In this document: one piece after another, positions 11,123 through 21,969 of the stretch | Layout of the letters: the number at the start of each line of letters is the position of its first letter | Numbering within the stretch: position 1 is the first letter of the stretch | Source: an uncultured Gemmatimonadaceae bacterium | GTDB taxonomy: Bacteria; Gemmatimonadota; Gemmatimonadetes; Gemmatimonadales; Gemmatimonadaceae | Reading direction: 5' to 3' | DNA: 64,000 nt | Assembly: GCA_963751275.1 (NCBI GenBank) | Contig: CAVVTZ010000009.1 | Coordinates: 416,001-480,000, forward strand | The notes under the pieces: model-generated | Told to the model about the DNA's origin: nothing | Database searches by the model: none | What the model saw: the letters and a program-made list of their open reading frames with translations, nothing else | Made by a program: the position numbers and the translations under genes

Positions 11123-12246
11123 GCGGCCACGCTGCCGAGGATCCCGGGATTCAAGATGCCGCTCGGATCGAACGCCTCGCGCGCGCGGCGCGAGAGCGGA
11201 TCGCTCGCGGCCGACGGGACGATGCTCCATGTCTCCGCGGGCATGCGTTCCCAGATCACCGCGCATCCCTTCAGGCGCGACGCGAACGCGACCGTATGCT
11301 GCTCCGCGGGTGCCGGCAGCACACACCGGACCACGCCGCGCCCGACGCTGGCGTGCGCGAACGCACCGGGCCAGTCGGCTGACGCGTCGCGCGCGTGCCG
11401 CCAGAGCCGGCTCAGCTGCGACCGCCGTGCCGAGAGGCGCACCACGGCCGCGCCGGTGGGTTCCGCCGCGCGCAGCGACTCCCAGATCCCATCCGCCGTC
11501 GAGACGACCGCGCCGAGCGCGGCGATCGCGGCGCGCTGCGACCGGACGCTCTCGTCGTTCCCGCCCAGGCGCACGAGGAGGGCCGCGTGTGCCGCGACGC
11601 CGAGTCGCGCCGCGAGCGCCGGACTCAGCAACTCCATCGCCCACGGTGCGATGGGCGCGGCGGCCAGCTTCGCGAGCAGCGCATCGAGCGCGGGTGCCTC
11701 GTCGTCGCGCACGGCGAGCGCCACGGTCTCATTCGCCTCCGGGATCGCACGCAGGCGGAGGCTCACTTCGGTGATCACGCCGAGCGTGCCCCACGCGCCG
11801 GTGAGGAGGCGCGTGATGTCGAAGCCGGCGACGTTCTTCACCACGCGCCCGCCCGCGCGGATCGTGGCGCCATCGCCGGTCACCGCCTCGAGGCCCAGGA
11901 TCATGTCACGCGGTGTGCCGAAGGCGTGGGCGAGCGGGCCGGCGGACGCGGTGGCGATCGTCGCGCCGATCGTGCCGCGCGCGTCGCCGTACGGATCCAG
12001 CGCGAGGAACTGGCGCTCGGCGCCGGTGACGCGCGCGATCTCGCCGAGCGTGGTGCCGGAGCGCGCGGTGAGGGTGAGATCGCCGGGCACGTACTCGACG
12101 ATCCCGGCGTTGGCGCTCACGTCGAGCGGCGTCGCGCCGTCCACGGGCCGCCCCGCGAGCATCCAGGTCGCGGCGCCCACGACACGCTGCCGCGCGCCGC
12201 TCGCGGCGGCCACGCGCACGCGATCCGCGATCTCCGCGGTGTTCAC
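11119..12246 (-). CDS. glcE: Glycolate oxidase FAD-binding subunit
   Basis: GGRVVKNVAGFDITRLLTGAWGTLGVI, C-terminal FDPSGILNPG; lies between glcD and glcF. Confidence 0.88.
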   Translation of the reverse strand: MNTAEIADRVRVAAASGARQRVVGAATWMLAGRPVDGATPLDVSANAGIVEYVPGDLTLTARSGTTLGEIARVTGAERQFLALDPYGDARGTIGATIATASAGPLAHAFGTPRDMILGLEAVTGDGATIRAGGRVVKNVAGFDITRLLTGAWGTLGVITEVSLRLRAIPEANETVALAVRDDEAPALDALLAKLAAAPIAPWAMELLSPALAARLGVAAHAALLVRLGGNDESVRSQRAAIAALGAVVSTADGIWESLRAAEPTGAAVVRLSARRSQLSRLWRHARDASADWPGAFAHASVGRGVVRCVLPAPAEQHTVAFASRLKGCAVIWERMPAETWSIVPSAASDPLSRRAREAFDPSGILNPGILGSVAA

Positions 12247-13688
12247 GCGCGCGCCGCCGGCGCCGCGGTCCATTCGCGGCACGCGTGCACGGGCACCGTC
12301 TTCCCCGGGTTCGCGCGCCGCTCCGGATCGAACACGTCGCGCAGGCGGCACTGCGCCTCGAGCGACGCCGGCGAGAAGATCATCGCCATGTAGTCGAGCT
12401 TGTCGAGCCCGACGCCGTGCTCGCCGGTGATCGTGCCGCCGGCATCCACGCACGCCCGCATGATCTCGCGCATCGCCGCGCGAACGCGCGTGCTCTCGTC
12501 CGGGTCCCGCCCGTCGTATGGCACGTTCGGGTGGAGGTTCCCGTCGCCGGCGTGGAAGACGTTGCACACATGAATGCGGTGGCGCTCGCCGATCGCCTGG
12601 ATCTGGCGGAGCACCTCGGGCAGCCGCGTGCGCGGGATCACCGCGTCCTGCACCTGGAGCGCGCTCGCAATGCGTCCCATGGCGCCGAAGGCCTTCTTGC
12701 GCCCCTGCCAGAGGCGCGCGCGATCCGCTTCGTCGCGCGCGATGCGCACGCCGCGCGCGCGGGAGTCCTTGCAGATCCGCTCCACGGCGCGCACGTCGGC
12801 GTCGAGGCCGGCCTCGAGGCCATCGAGCTCGATGAGCAGCACCGCCGCCGCATCCGCCGGATAGCCGGCGGCGTAGATCGAGGCTTCGACGGCGCGGATC
12901 GTGCCGCTGTCCATCATCTCGAGCGCGGCGGGCACGATGCCGCTCGCGATGATCGCGCTCACGGCGCGCGCGCCATCATCGATGGACGTGAAATCCGCGA
13001 GCATGGTGCGCACGGCCGGCGGGTTCGGCGTGAGGCGCACCGTGACCTCCATCGCGATGCCGAAGCATCCCTCGCTCCCCACGAACGCGCCGAGCAGGTC
13101 GTAGCCCTCTCGCTCGCCGTCGGCGTTGCCGAGCGTCACGATCTCGCCGCCAGGCAGCAACACTTTCAGCGCGACGATGTGATTGAGCGTCACGCCGTAC
13201 TTGAGGCAGTGCGGCCCTCCCGCGTTCTCGGCGACGTTTCCGCCGATCGTGCAGGCGCTCTGGCTGGACGGATCGGGAGCGTAGTGCAGGCCGTGCGCGC
13301 TCGCCGCGCGAGTGAGCGCCGTGTTCACGACACCGGGCTCCACCACGGCAATGCGATCCTCGGGGCTGATCGAGAGGATGCGCGTGAGTTTGTTGAGGCC
13401 GATGAGCACCGCAGCGTCGCCGGCCAGCGCACCGGATGAGAGCCCGGTGCCCGCGCCGCGCGGCACGAACGGCCGGCCGGCGTCGGCGAGCGCCTGCACC
13501 ACCTGCACGAGCTCATCCTGTGTGCGCGGGAACACTGCCAGCCGAGGCCGGCTGTAGTGTCCTGGCAGCGCGTCCGCCGCGTACACCTCCAGCTCCTCGG
13601 CGCGCGCGATCACCCCGCGCTCGCCGACGATCGCGGCGAGATCGGCGGCGAGGTGCGTTTGCTCCGCAGAGGATGGTGTGGCGGTCAC
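12243..13688 (-). CDS. glcD: Glycolate oxidase FAD-linked subunit
   Basis: PRGAGTGLS, PDPSSQ..CTIGGNVAENAGG, HAGDGNLHP, GEHGVG motifs. Confidence 0.92.
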   Translation of the reverse strand: MTATPSSAEQTHLAADLAAIVGERGVIARAEELEVYAADALPGHYSRPRLAVFPRTQDELVQVVQALADAGRPFVPRGAGTGLSSGALAGDAAVLIGLNKLTRILSISPEDRIAVVEPGVVNTALTRAASAHGLHYAPDPSSQSACTIGGNVAENAGGPHCLKYGVTLNHIVALKVLLPGGEIVTLGNADGEREGYDLLGAFVGSEGCFGIAMEVTVRLTPNPPAVRTMLADFTSIDDGARAVSAIIASGIVPAALEMMDSGTIRAVEASIYAAGYPADAAAVLLIELDGLEAGLDADVRAVERICKDSRARGVRIARDEADRARLWQGRKKAFGAMGRIASALQVQDAVIPRTRLPEVLRQIQAIGERHRIHVCNVFHAGDGNLHPNVPYDGRDPDESTRVRAAMREIMRACVDAGGTITGEHGVGLDKLDYMAMIFSPASLEAQCRLRDVFDPERRANPGKTVPVHACREWTAAPAARA

Positions 13689-13704
13689 GATGGCAATCTA
13701 TGAT

Positions 13705-13743
13705 GAAACAGGCGGGAGACCGAGGTGCCGGACTCCCGCCTGT
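13705..13743 (-). terminator. Probable terminator after the sigma factor gene
   Basis: ACAGGCGGGAG...CTCCCGCCTGT stem; TTTC follows on the minus strand. Confidence 0.6.
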
Positions 13744-13767
13744 TCATGCCGCCTGCCGGCTGGCCGT

Positions 13768-14662
13768 TTACGCCGCGGTCCAGAATCCCGCGAGCGCCGA
13801 GCCGTCGGGCGACTCGCGCAGCTTCTCGAAGGCCCGCTCGCGGATCTGGCGGATGCGCTCGCGCGTCACGCCCATCAGCGCGCCGATCTTCTCGAGCGTC
13901 AGCGCCTCGGAGCCCTCTTCCAGACCGTAGTAGAGGTAGAGGATCTTCCGCTCGCGCGGCGTGAGGTAGCGGCGGAACACGCGGTCGATGAACTCGCGCA
14001 TGAGCTTGAAGTCGGTGACGTCCTCGATCTCGATGCCCTCGACGCCCACGAAGCGCTCGCCGAGCGTGCTGGCCTCGCGGTCGGAGCGATCGATCGGCGC
14101 ATCGAGCGAGACTTCGGTCGCCGACATCTGCTTCGAGGAGCGCACCTGCTCGGGCGACTCTTCGATGAGGCGGCCGATCTCGCTGTCCGTCGGATCGCGC
14201 TTCAGCACCTGCGCCAGCACCGTCTCGGCGCGGGCGAGCTTGATGAGCTGCGAGTTCTGATTGAGCGGGATGCGGACCGAGCGCGTCTGCTCGGCGAGCG
14301 CCTTGAGGACCGCCTGGCGCACCCACCACACGGCGTACGAGATGAACTTCACGCCCTGGTCGGGATCGAATTTCTTGACCGCCTTCAGGAGCCCTTCGTT
14401 CCCGATCGCGACCAGCTCGCTCAGATCGAGACCGTGCCCCTGGTACTTCTTCACGTAGGAGATGACGAATCGGAGATTCGCCGTGACCAGCCGCTCGGCG
14501 GCCTTCTCATCACCCTTCTGCGCGCGGCGAGCGAGCCGTCGCTCTTCCTGCACGATCGGTGATCAGTGGAAGCTTCTGAATGTCGTGGAGGTACTGATCG
14601 AACGCGGTGGAAGGGGACGAACGGAAGAACCCTTTGGACCTGCTTTCGGTCGCATGCTGCAT
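13768..14662 (-). CDS. RpoD/RpoS-like sigma-70 factor without region 1.1 (frameshift near 14555)
   Basis: MQHATESRSKGFFRSSPSTAFDQYLHDIQKLPL (region 1.2), then ANLRFVIS, FISYAVWW (region 2) and TLEKIG..VTRERIRQI (region 4). Confidence 0.9.
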
Positions 14663-14736
14663 AACACGTCCCATCCTGTGTGCGAGTGAGAAGCCGCTTC
14701 GCGGCTCGTCGCCAGTTTGGAAGGTCGGGGACGCGC

Positions 14737-14765
14737 AGGATAAGACGGGCTTTCTAATCGGTCAA
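14737..14765 (-). promoter_or_regulatory. Sigma70-type promoter for the sigma factor gene
   Basis: Minus strand TTGACC-17 nt-TATCCT with an A-rich tract just upstream. Confidence 0.65.
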
Positions 14766-14888
14766 GAGTCACATTCTTATTTTCGTATCGGGGTGTATTC
14801 GGTATCGAGGCAGTCTGTTGCCGGCATGGAGTTGGGTCGGAGGGATCTATTGGAGCTTCGGCCGCGACGAAACACTCGCGAGGGAACT

Positions 14889-15968
14889 TTATCCAACCGA
14901 CCAGAGTGATCGGATCGCATCATCGGGCACGGGGACCGTCCACCCTTTGCCCGCACCGGCCATCATGCCAATGCGTTTCGGGAGCGCGAATTCGACGACG
15001 CCGGCCCGGGTCTTCTTATCCGCGTGGAGCAGCTGCATCGCGCTCTCGATGTTGAACCCAATGTCCCCCAGGAAGCCAGCGGTGCCGATCGCCTCCATGA
15101 TCCGGTCAGCCGTTCCCGGCTCAGCGATGTTGAGCTGTTCCGCGAGCATCGCCTCCTGCACATCCCGAACGCGACGGCCTCACCATGCAGGAGCGTGTAG
15201 TTCGATCCCGCCTCGACGGCGTGCCCGATCGTGTGGCCGAAGTTCAACGTCTTGCGAAGACCTTTCTCCTTGGCGTCGGTCGCGACGACGGCGGCCTTGA
15301 TGCGGATGCTGCCGAATGATGATCCGGTGCATGGCCTCGCCGGCCGGATCCTTGAGCGCCGAGGGGAGGTCCGCGACGGTCTTCTCGAAGTATCCGGCGT
15401 CGGCGATCGCGCCGTGCTTGATCGCCTCGGCGGTTCCCGAGCGCAGTTCTCGCTCGGGCAGCGACTTGAGGGCCAAGGGGTCCACGATCACCGCGACCGG
15501 ATCATGGAACGCGCCCACGAGATTCTTCCCGGCCGGCGTGTCCACGCCGGTCTTCCCGCCGATGCTCGCGTCGATCATCGCGAGCAGCGTGGTGGGCACC
15601 TGAACGAACGGGATGCCGCGCATGTACGTCGCGGCGACGAAGCCCGCGAGGTCGCCGATCATCCCGCCGCCGAGCGCGACGATCGCGCCGTCGCGGCCGA
15701 AGCCGGCGGCGAGCAGTTCGTCGGTGAGCCGCGCCCAGTGCTCGCGCGTCTTGTGCGCCTCGCCGGCGGGCACGGTGAACAGGTCGATGCGCGCGTCGCC
15801 GAACGATGCGGCCACGCGCGCGGCGTACAGCGGCGCGACGTTCGAGTCGGCGATGATCGCCCAGCGGTGCGCCTTCACCGCGGCGCGCGCGATGCGTCCG
15901 GTCTGGTCCAGCAGCCCGCGCCCGACGTGGATCGTGTACGCGCCGAGCGTGACGGTCTCGGGCTTCAC
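14889..15968 (-). CDS. aroB: 3-dehydroquinate synthase (two frameshifts near 15315 and 15160)
   Basis: [52 protein letters not shown]. Confidence 0.93.
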
Positions 15969-16512
15969 CAGGTGACTTCCGCCGCGCCGGCGCGCCGGTT
16001 GGCGACGCGGGCGAGCACGAAGAGCAGGTCGGAGAGCCGGTTCAGGTAGATGATCACGATGGGCGGCACCACGATGTCGGGATGTTCGCGCAGCGCGATC
16101 ACGCGCCGCTCGGCGCGCCGGCACACCGTGCGTGCGACGTGCAGCGCGGCGCTCTTCGGCGTGCCGCCGGGCAGGATGAACGCCTGCAGCGGCTCCAGCT
16201 CGGCCTCGCCCTCGTCGATGGCGCGCTCGAGCTCGGCGATGCGCGTGTCGTCGAGTCGCGCCTTCTCCATCTGCTGCTTCACCTTGCCGGGCTGCGGCGT
16301 GGCGAGCAGCGCGCCCAGCGAGAAGAGATCGCGCTGGATCGGCGCGAGCACCTCGTCGATGCGCGGCATCATCTCGATCGAGCGTGCGAGGCCGAGCATC
16401 GCGTTGAGTTCGTCCACGTCGCCGTACGCTTCGACGCGCGGGTGGTCCTTGGAGACGCGGCCGCCGCCGAAGAGGCCGGTGTCTCCCTGGTCGCCGGTCT
16501 TCGTGTAGATCT

Positions 16513-16516
<4 letters not shown>
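15965..16516 (-). CDS. PduO-type cob(I)alamin adenosyltransferase
   Basis: MKIYTKTGDQGDT, AYGDVDELN, FILPGG, RTVCRRAER, LNRLSDLLF. Confidence 0.93.
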
Positions 16517-17575
<1,059 letters not shown>

Positions 17576-17635
17576 TATAAGGCAGCGATCCCTTGCCCGG
17601 TCTCGCACCGGGCGTCGAATTCCTCATCCCACCGC

Positions 17636-18652
17636 ATGGCGCACGAACTCACAGACATTACGATCATCGGCGCCGGACCCACCGGACTCTTCGGCGCTTT
17701 CTATGCCGGCATGCGCGGCGTCTCCGCGCGGATCATTGACGCGCTCCCGGAACTCGGCGGACAACTGGTGGCGCTCTATCCCGAGAAATACATCTTCGAC
17801 GTCGCCGGCTTCCCGAAGATCCTGGCCAAGGACCTGGTCCGCAATCTGGCGGAACAGGCGGGCCAGTTCCATCCGGACATCCAATTGAACCAGCGCGTCG
17901 TCTCCCTGGAAGAGGACGGGGGGCACTTCACGCTGGTCACGGACACGGAGCGGTTCCCCACCCGCGCGATCGTGATCGCGGCCGGGATCGGCGCCTTCTC
18001 CCCGCGCGCGCTGCCCGCGCCCACCGCGGCGGCCTGGTACGGGCGGGGGATCCACGACCGGGTGACCGACCCCGCGCTCTTCCGGGGGCAGAAGGTGCTC
18101 ATCGTGGGCGGCGGCGACTCGGCCTTCGATTGGGCGCATCATCTGCTCGACGTGGCGGACCACGTGACGCTCGTGCACCGTAGCGACCGCTTCCGCGCCC
18201 ACGATGCCACGGTGCAGCAGGTGCGGAAGGCGGAGGCGATGGGGCGCACGTCGATCCACACCTTTCACGAACTGGTGAGCGTGCACGGCGAGAACGGCCG
18301 CGTCACGAGCGTGGTGCTCAAGGACAACAAGGGGAAGACCGAGCGCTCGCTGGACGTGGACGCGATCCTGCCAATGCTGGGATTCGTGAGCGACCTCGGC
18401 GCGATCACGGAGTGGGGGCTGAACCTCGTGAAGGATGAGATCGTGGTGGGGCCGACGATGGACACGGGGCGCCCCGGCATCTACGCCGCCGGCGACGTGG
18501 TGAGCTATCCCGGCAAGCTCAAGCTGATCGCCACCGGCTTCGGCGAGGCGAGCACGGCGGTGAACCAGGCGGTGCACTGGATCTACCCCGAGAAGAAGAT
18601 CAACCCGGGACACAGCTCGAACATGGCGCTCTTCGGGCAGAAGGACGACTAG
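17636..18652 (+). CDS. Thioredoxin-reductase-like ferredoxin--NADP+ reductase (YumC type)
   Basis: IIGAGPTGLFGAFYAGMR, GGQL..LYPEKYIFDV, GGGDSA, GIYAAGD, C-terminal HSS; no CxxC. Confidence 0.88.
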   Translation: MAHELTDITIIGAGPTGLFGAFYAGMRGVSARIIDALPELGGQLVALYPEKYIFDVAGFPKILAKDLVRNLAEQAGQFHPDIQLNQRVVSLEEDGGHFTLVTDTERFPTRAIVIAAGIGAFSPRALPAPTAAAWYGRGIHDRVTDPALFRGQKVLIVGGGDSAFDWAHHLLDVADHVTLVHRSDRFRAHDATVQQVRKAEAMGRTSIHTFHELVSVHGENGRVTSVVLKDNKGKTERSLDVDAILPMLGFVSDLGAITEWGLNLVKDEIVVGPTMDTGRPGIYAAGDVVSYPGKLKLIATGFGEASTAVNQAVHWIYPEKKINPGHSSNMALFGQKDD

Positions 18653-18664
18653 AATGCACAGTCG

Positions 18665-19597
18665 TTGGTCGTCAGCCGTTGGCGTCGATTGAGCTTCATC
18701 TTGTGCGCCAACACCGACGACGCGACGGCGGCGGTCGTGCGCGATGCGCTGGGCGGCGCCGGGCATGAGACCGTGTCGGTCACGGGCGGATCGTTCGCGC
18801 TGAGCGCGATCCAGGAGCGCGAGCCCGAACTGCTCGTGATCGGCGATGCCGGAGGCCTCGAGTTGTGCCGCGCGGTGAAGCTCAACCCGTTCACCGCGCG
18901 CATTCCGGTGCTGATGCTCACGGGGCAGGGGGACATCGCGCACATGGAGGCGGCGTTCGAGGCCGGCGCCGACGATTCCATGAGCGTCCCGTTCGATCCG
19001 CGCGAGCTGCGCGTGCGCGTGGTCGCGCTGCTGCGACTGGTGCGCCGCGAGGGGGACCGCAATCCCACGAGCGGGCTGCCCGGCGGCAAGGCGATCGAGG
19101 AGGAGATCGCGCGGCGCGCGGCGCTGCGGCTGCCGTTCGCGCTGTGCTATCTCGACCTCGACCACTTCAAGCCGTTCGCCGACACCTTCGGATTCACCGC
19201 CGCCGACGCCGTGATCCGCGAGCTGGGCGCCGCGATCCGCGCCGCCGTCGAGGAGTGCGGCGCGCCCGGCGACTTCGTCGGCCACATCGGCGGCGACGAC
19301 TTCCTTGCGGTGACGGGGGACGCCGCCGCGGAGTCCATTGCCAGAGAGTGCGCGGCGCGGTTCGTGAGCGTGGCGGCGCGCGCGGTGGGTGAGGACGCGG
19401 TGCGTCGCGGGCGCTTCTCCGGCCTCGATCGCGACGGCGCGCCGCGGGAGTTCCCGATCGCGCGGCTCTCCGCGGCGGTGCTGCGCGTGGACCCCGCGCG
19501 ATGGGTCTCGACCGGTCACATCGGGACGCTCGCCGCCGAGGTGAAACGGCTGGCGAAGCAGAGAGGGCCGGGCACCATCCTCGTGCAAGCGGTGTGA
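18665..19597 (+). CDS. Receiver-like domain + GGDEF diguanylate cyclase
   Basis: N-terminal REC-like fold; NPTSGLPG, DLDHFK, HIGGDDF. Start may be TTG 18689. Confidence 0.8.
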   Translation: MVVSRWRRLSFILCANTDDATAAVVRDALGGAGHETVSVTGGSFALSAIQEREPELLVIGDAGGLELCRAVKLNPFTARIPVLMLTGQGDIAHMEAAFEAGADDSMSVPFDPRELRVRVVALLRLVRREGDRNPTSGLPGGKAIEEEIARRAALRLPFALCYLDLDHFKPFADTFGFTAADAVIRELGAAIRAAVEECGAPGDFVGHIGGDDFLAVTGDAAAESIARECAARFVSVAARAVGEDAVRRGRFSGLDRDGAPREFPIARLSAAVLRVDPARWVSTGHIGTLAAEVKRLAKQRGPGTILVQAV

Positions 19598-19730
19598 GGC
19601 TACTTTAGAGGGCCCCCTTGGACGCGGGGCCTTTCTTCACCTGGGAACGCATGGCCGACGCGCGGACGACCCGGACGCAGCTGCGAGTGATGCACGACGC
19701 GCGGAGCGATCGCGCGGGACGTGCGCACGC

Positions 19731-21966
19731 GTGATGCGCCGCGCCCTCCTCGCCGTCGTTCTCGCCGCCGCGCCGGCGCTCGCCGCCGCCCAGAGCATCG
19801 AGTGCGACCTCGGCGACCGCGAGGTGATGCACGTCCAATTCGTGGGCAACCGGAAGTTCTCCTCGTCGGAGCTCGAGGATGCGATCGTCACCGCGCCGGA
19901 CAGCTGGATGCGCCGCAGTGTCGGTATTCCCTTGGGCGCGAAGCACTGTCTCGATACGCTCGAAGTGGATCGCGATGCGCTGCGGCTGCAGATCTATTAC
20001 CGCCTGCGCGGCTACTACAACGCGACCGTCGACCACTCGATCATCACGCTGAACACCAGGTCGGTGAACGTGCGCTTCACCATCACCGAGGGGCCGGCGA
20101 CGGTGGTGGACAGCATCACCGTGCTCGGCATCGACTCGGTGCCGGGCAATGCGCAGCTCCGCAAGCCGTTCACGAAGTTCAAGGGCCGCCCCTTCTCGCG
20201 GGTGGCGCTGCAATCGCTCATCGACACGGCGATGGTGCGCCTCTGGAACCACGGCTATCCGTACGCCGAGCGTCCGCTCACCAGCTTCTCGGTCGATTCG
20301 ACGACGCACCGCGCGAGCATCGAACTCAGTTTCTTCCAGCGCTTCCTCGGGCAGTCGGTGCCACTGCCGACCTCGCGCGCGCGCATCACCTCCATCGCTG
20401 TATCGTCCACCCCGGGTCCGGACTCCGGGAAGGTGTCGCCGCAGACGGTGCGGAAGCTGATGTTCATCAAGCCGGGCAAGGTCTACTCGCAGGAGGATGT
20501 GGCCTCGAGCCAGCGCGAGCTCTACTCGCTCGAGCTGGTGCGCCACGTGGATGTGGACCTGCTGCCCGATTCGCAGCAGACGAGCGATACCGCGCTCAAG
20601 ATGCGCGTCCTGTACACGGAAGCGGATCAGCACACTCTGCGCTTGGGGGCCGGCTGGGCGACCTTCGACTGTCTGCGCGCGCAGACGCGCTATTCGGACC
20701 GCGACCTGTTCGAGGGCGCCGAGCGCTTCGACTTCAACGCCCGGCTCTCGCACATCGCGCTCTGTCCGAAGTACGTGCGGGAGGATCCTTCGAGTCAGGG
20801 GATCAACTATTACGTCTCGGGAACGCTGCGCCTGCCGACGCTCTTCGGCCCGCGCAACCAGCCGTCGCTCACGCTCTTCTCGGAACGCAGCTCGGAGTAC
20901 AAGGCGTATCTGCGGGTCACGCCGATCGGCAGCGTGCTCGCCTTCAACCGCGATCTGGATCCGCGCGGCATCCGGCCGGGGCTGCCGCTCTCGCTCACGG
21001 CCCGCGTCGAGTACGGGCACACGCAGGCGCAGGACGCGGTCTTCTGCCAGCTGTTCAACGTGTGCTCCGCGGCCGACATCGCCCGGCTGCAGCAGAACAG
21101 CCTGCTGCTGGTGCTCGGCGCGGGACTCACGCACGACCAGACGAACTCACTGCTGAACGCGACGAGCGGATCGCTGCAGCGGCTGGAACTCCGCTGGGGC
21201 GAGAGCGCGCAGGATACCGGCGCGGCCAGCCGGTGGACGCGGCTGCTCGGAGAGGTTGCGTACTACCACACGTTCGGCTCTTCCGTGCTGGCGACGCGCC
21301 TGCAGATCGCCGGCCTCTTCGTGCCCTGGACGCTCTTCGATCCGGCCACGCAGTTCGTACCGCCGGAAGAGCGGCTCTATGCGGGCGGCCCGAACTCGGT
21401 GCGTGGCTACGGGCAGAACCTGCTCGGCCCGATCGTGTATACCGTGAACGGGATCGACAGCACGCACATGTCCGGGCCCAACAAGGTCTACCAGGTGGAC
21501 GTCGACGACCACGGTGACGCAGTACTCGGCGGCGGGCGGCAACACGTCCGTCACGGCGACGGTGGAGTGGCGCGTGACGCTGCCGAAACCGTGGAACGTG
21601 ATCGAGCTCGCGGCGTTCGTGGACGCGGGTTTCGTATGGAACCGCGGCGCGGTCATGGACTCGGCGGGGCACACGATCGGAGTGAACCTGAGCGACATCA
21701 AGTACACTCCGGGATTCGGCATCCGCTATCTTTCCCCGGTGGGACCGATCCGCGTGGATTTCGCGTACAACAAGTACGGGACCGGATTCGGCGCCGCGTA
21801 CTACCAGAATCCGGCGAACTCGCTGCTCTGCGTGAGTCCCGGGAACACGTTCGACCGCGGTGTCGTGCCGGCGGGAAAGACGTGCCCGCTCACGTACCAA
21901 CCGCAGGCGAAACCGGGTTTCTTCCAACACATCAATTTCAACTTCAGCATCGGCCAGGCGTTCTAA
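19731..21966 (+). CDS. tamA: TamA/BamA (Omp85) family outer membrane protein (frameshift near 21510)
   Basis: Signal peptide, POTRA-like repeats, YAGGPNSVRGY, GIRYLSPVGPIRVDFAY, terminal FSIGQAF. Confidence 0.85.
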
Positions 21967-21969
21967 TCC

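Noticed and set aside
19601..19637. Terminator GGCCCC/GGGGCC-TTTCTT before tamA
   Set aside because: Short 6-bp stem in GC-rich DNA, preceded by a TACTTT -10-like box, so its role is too ambiguous to call.
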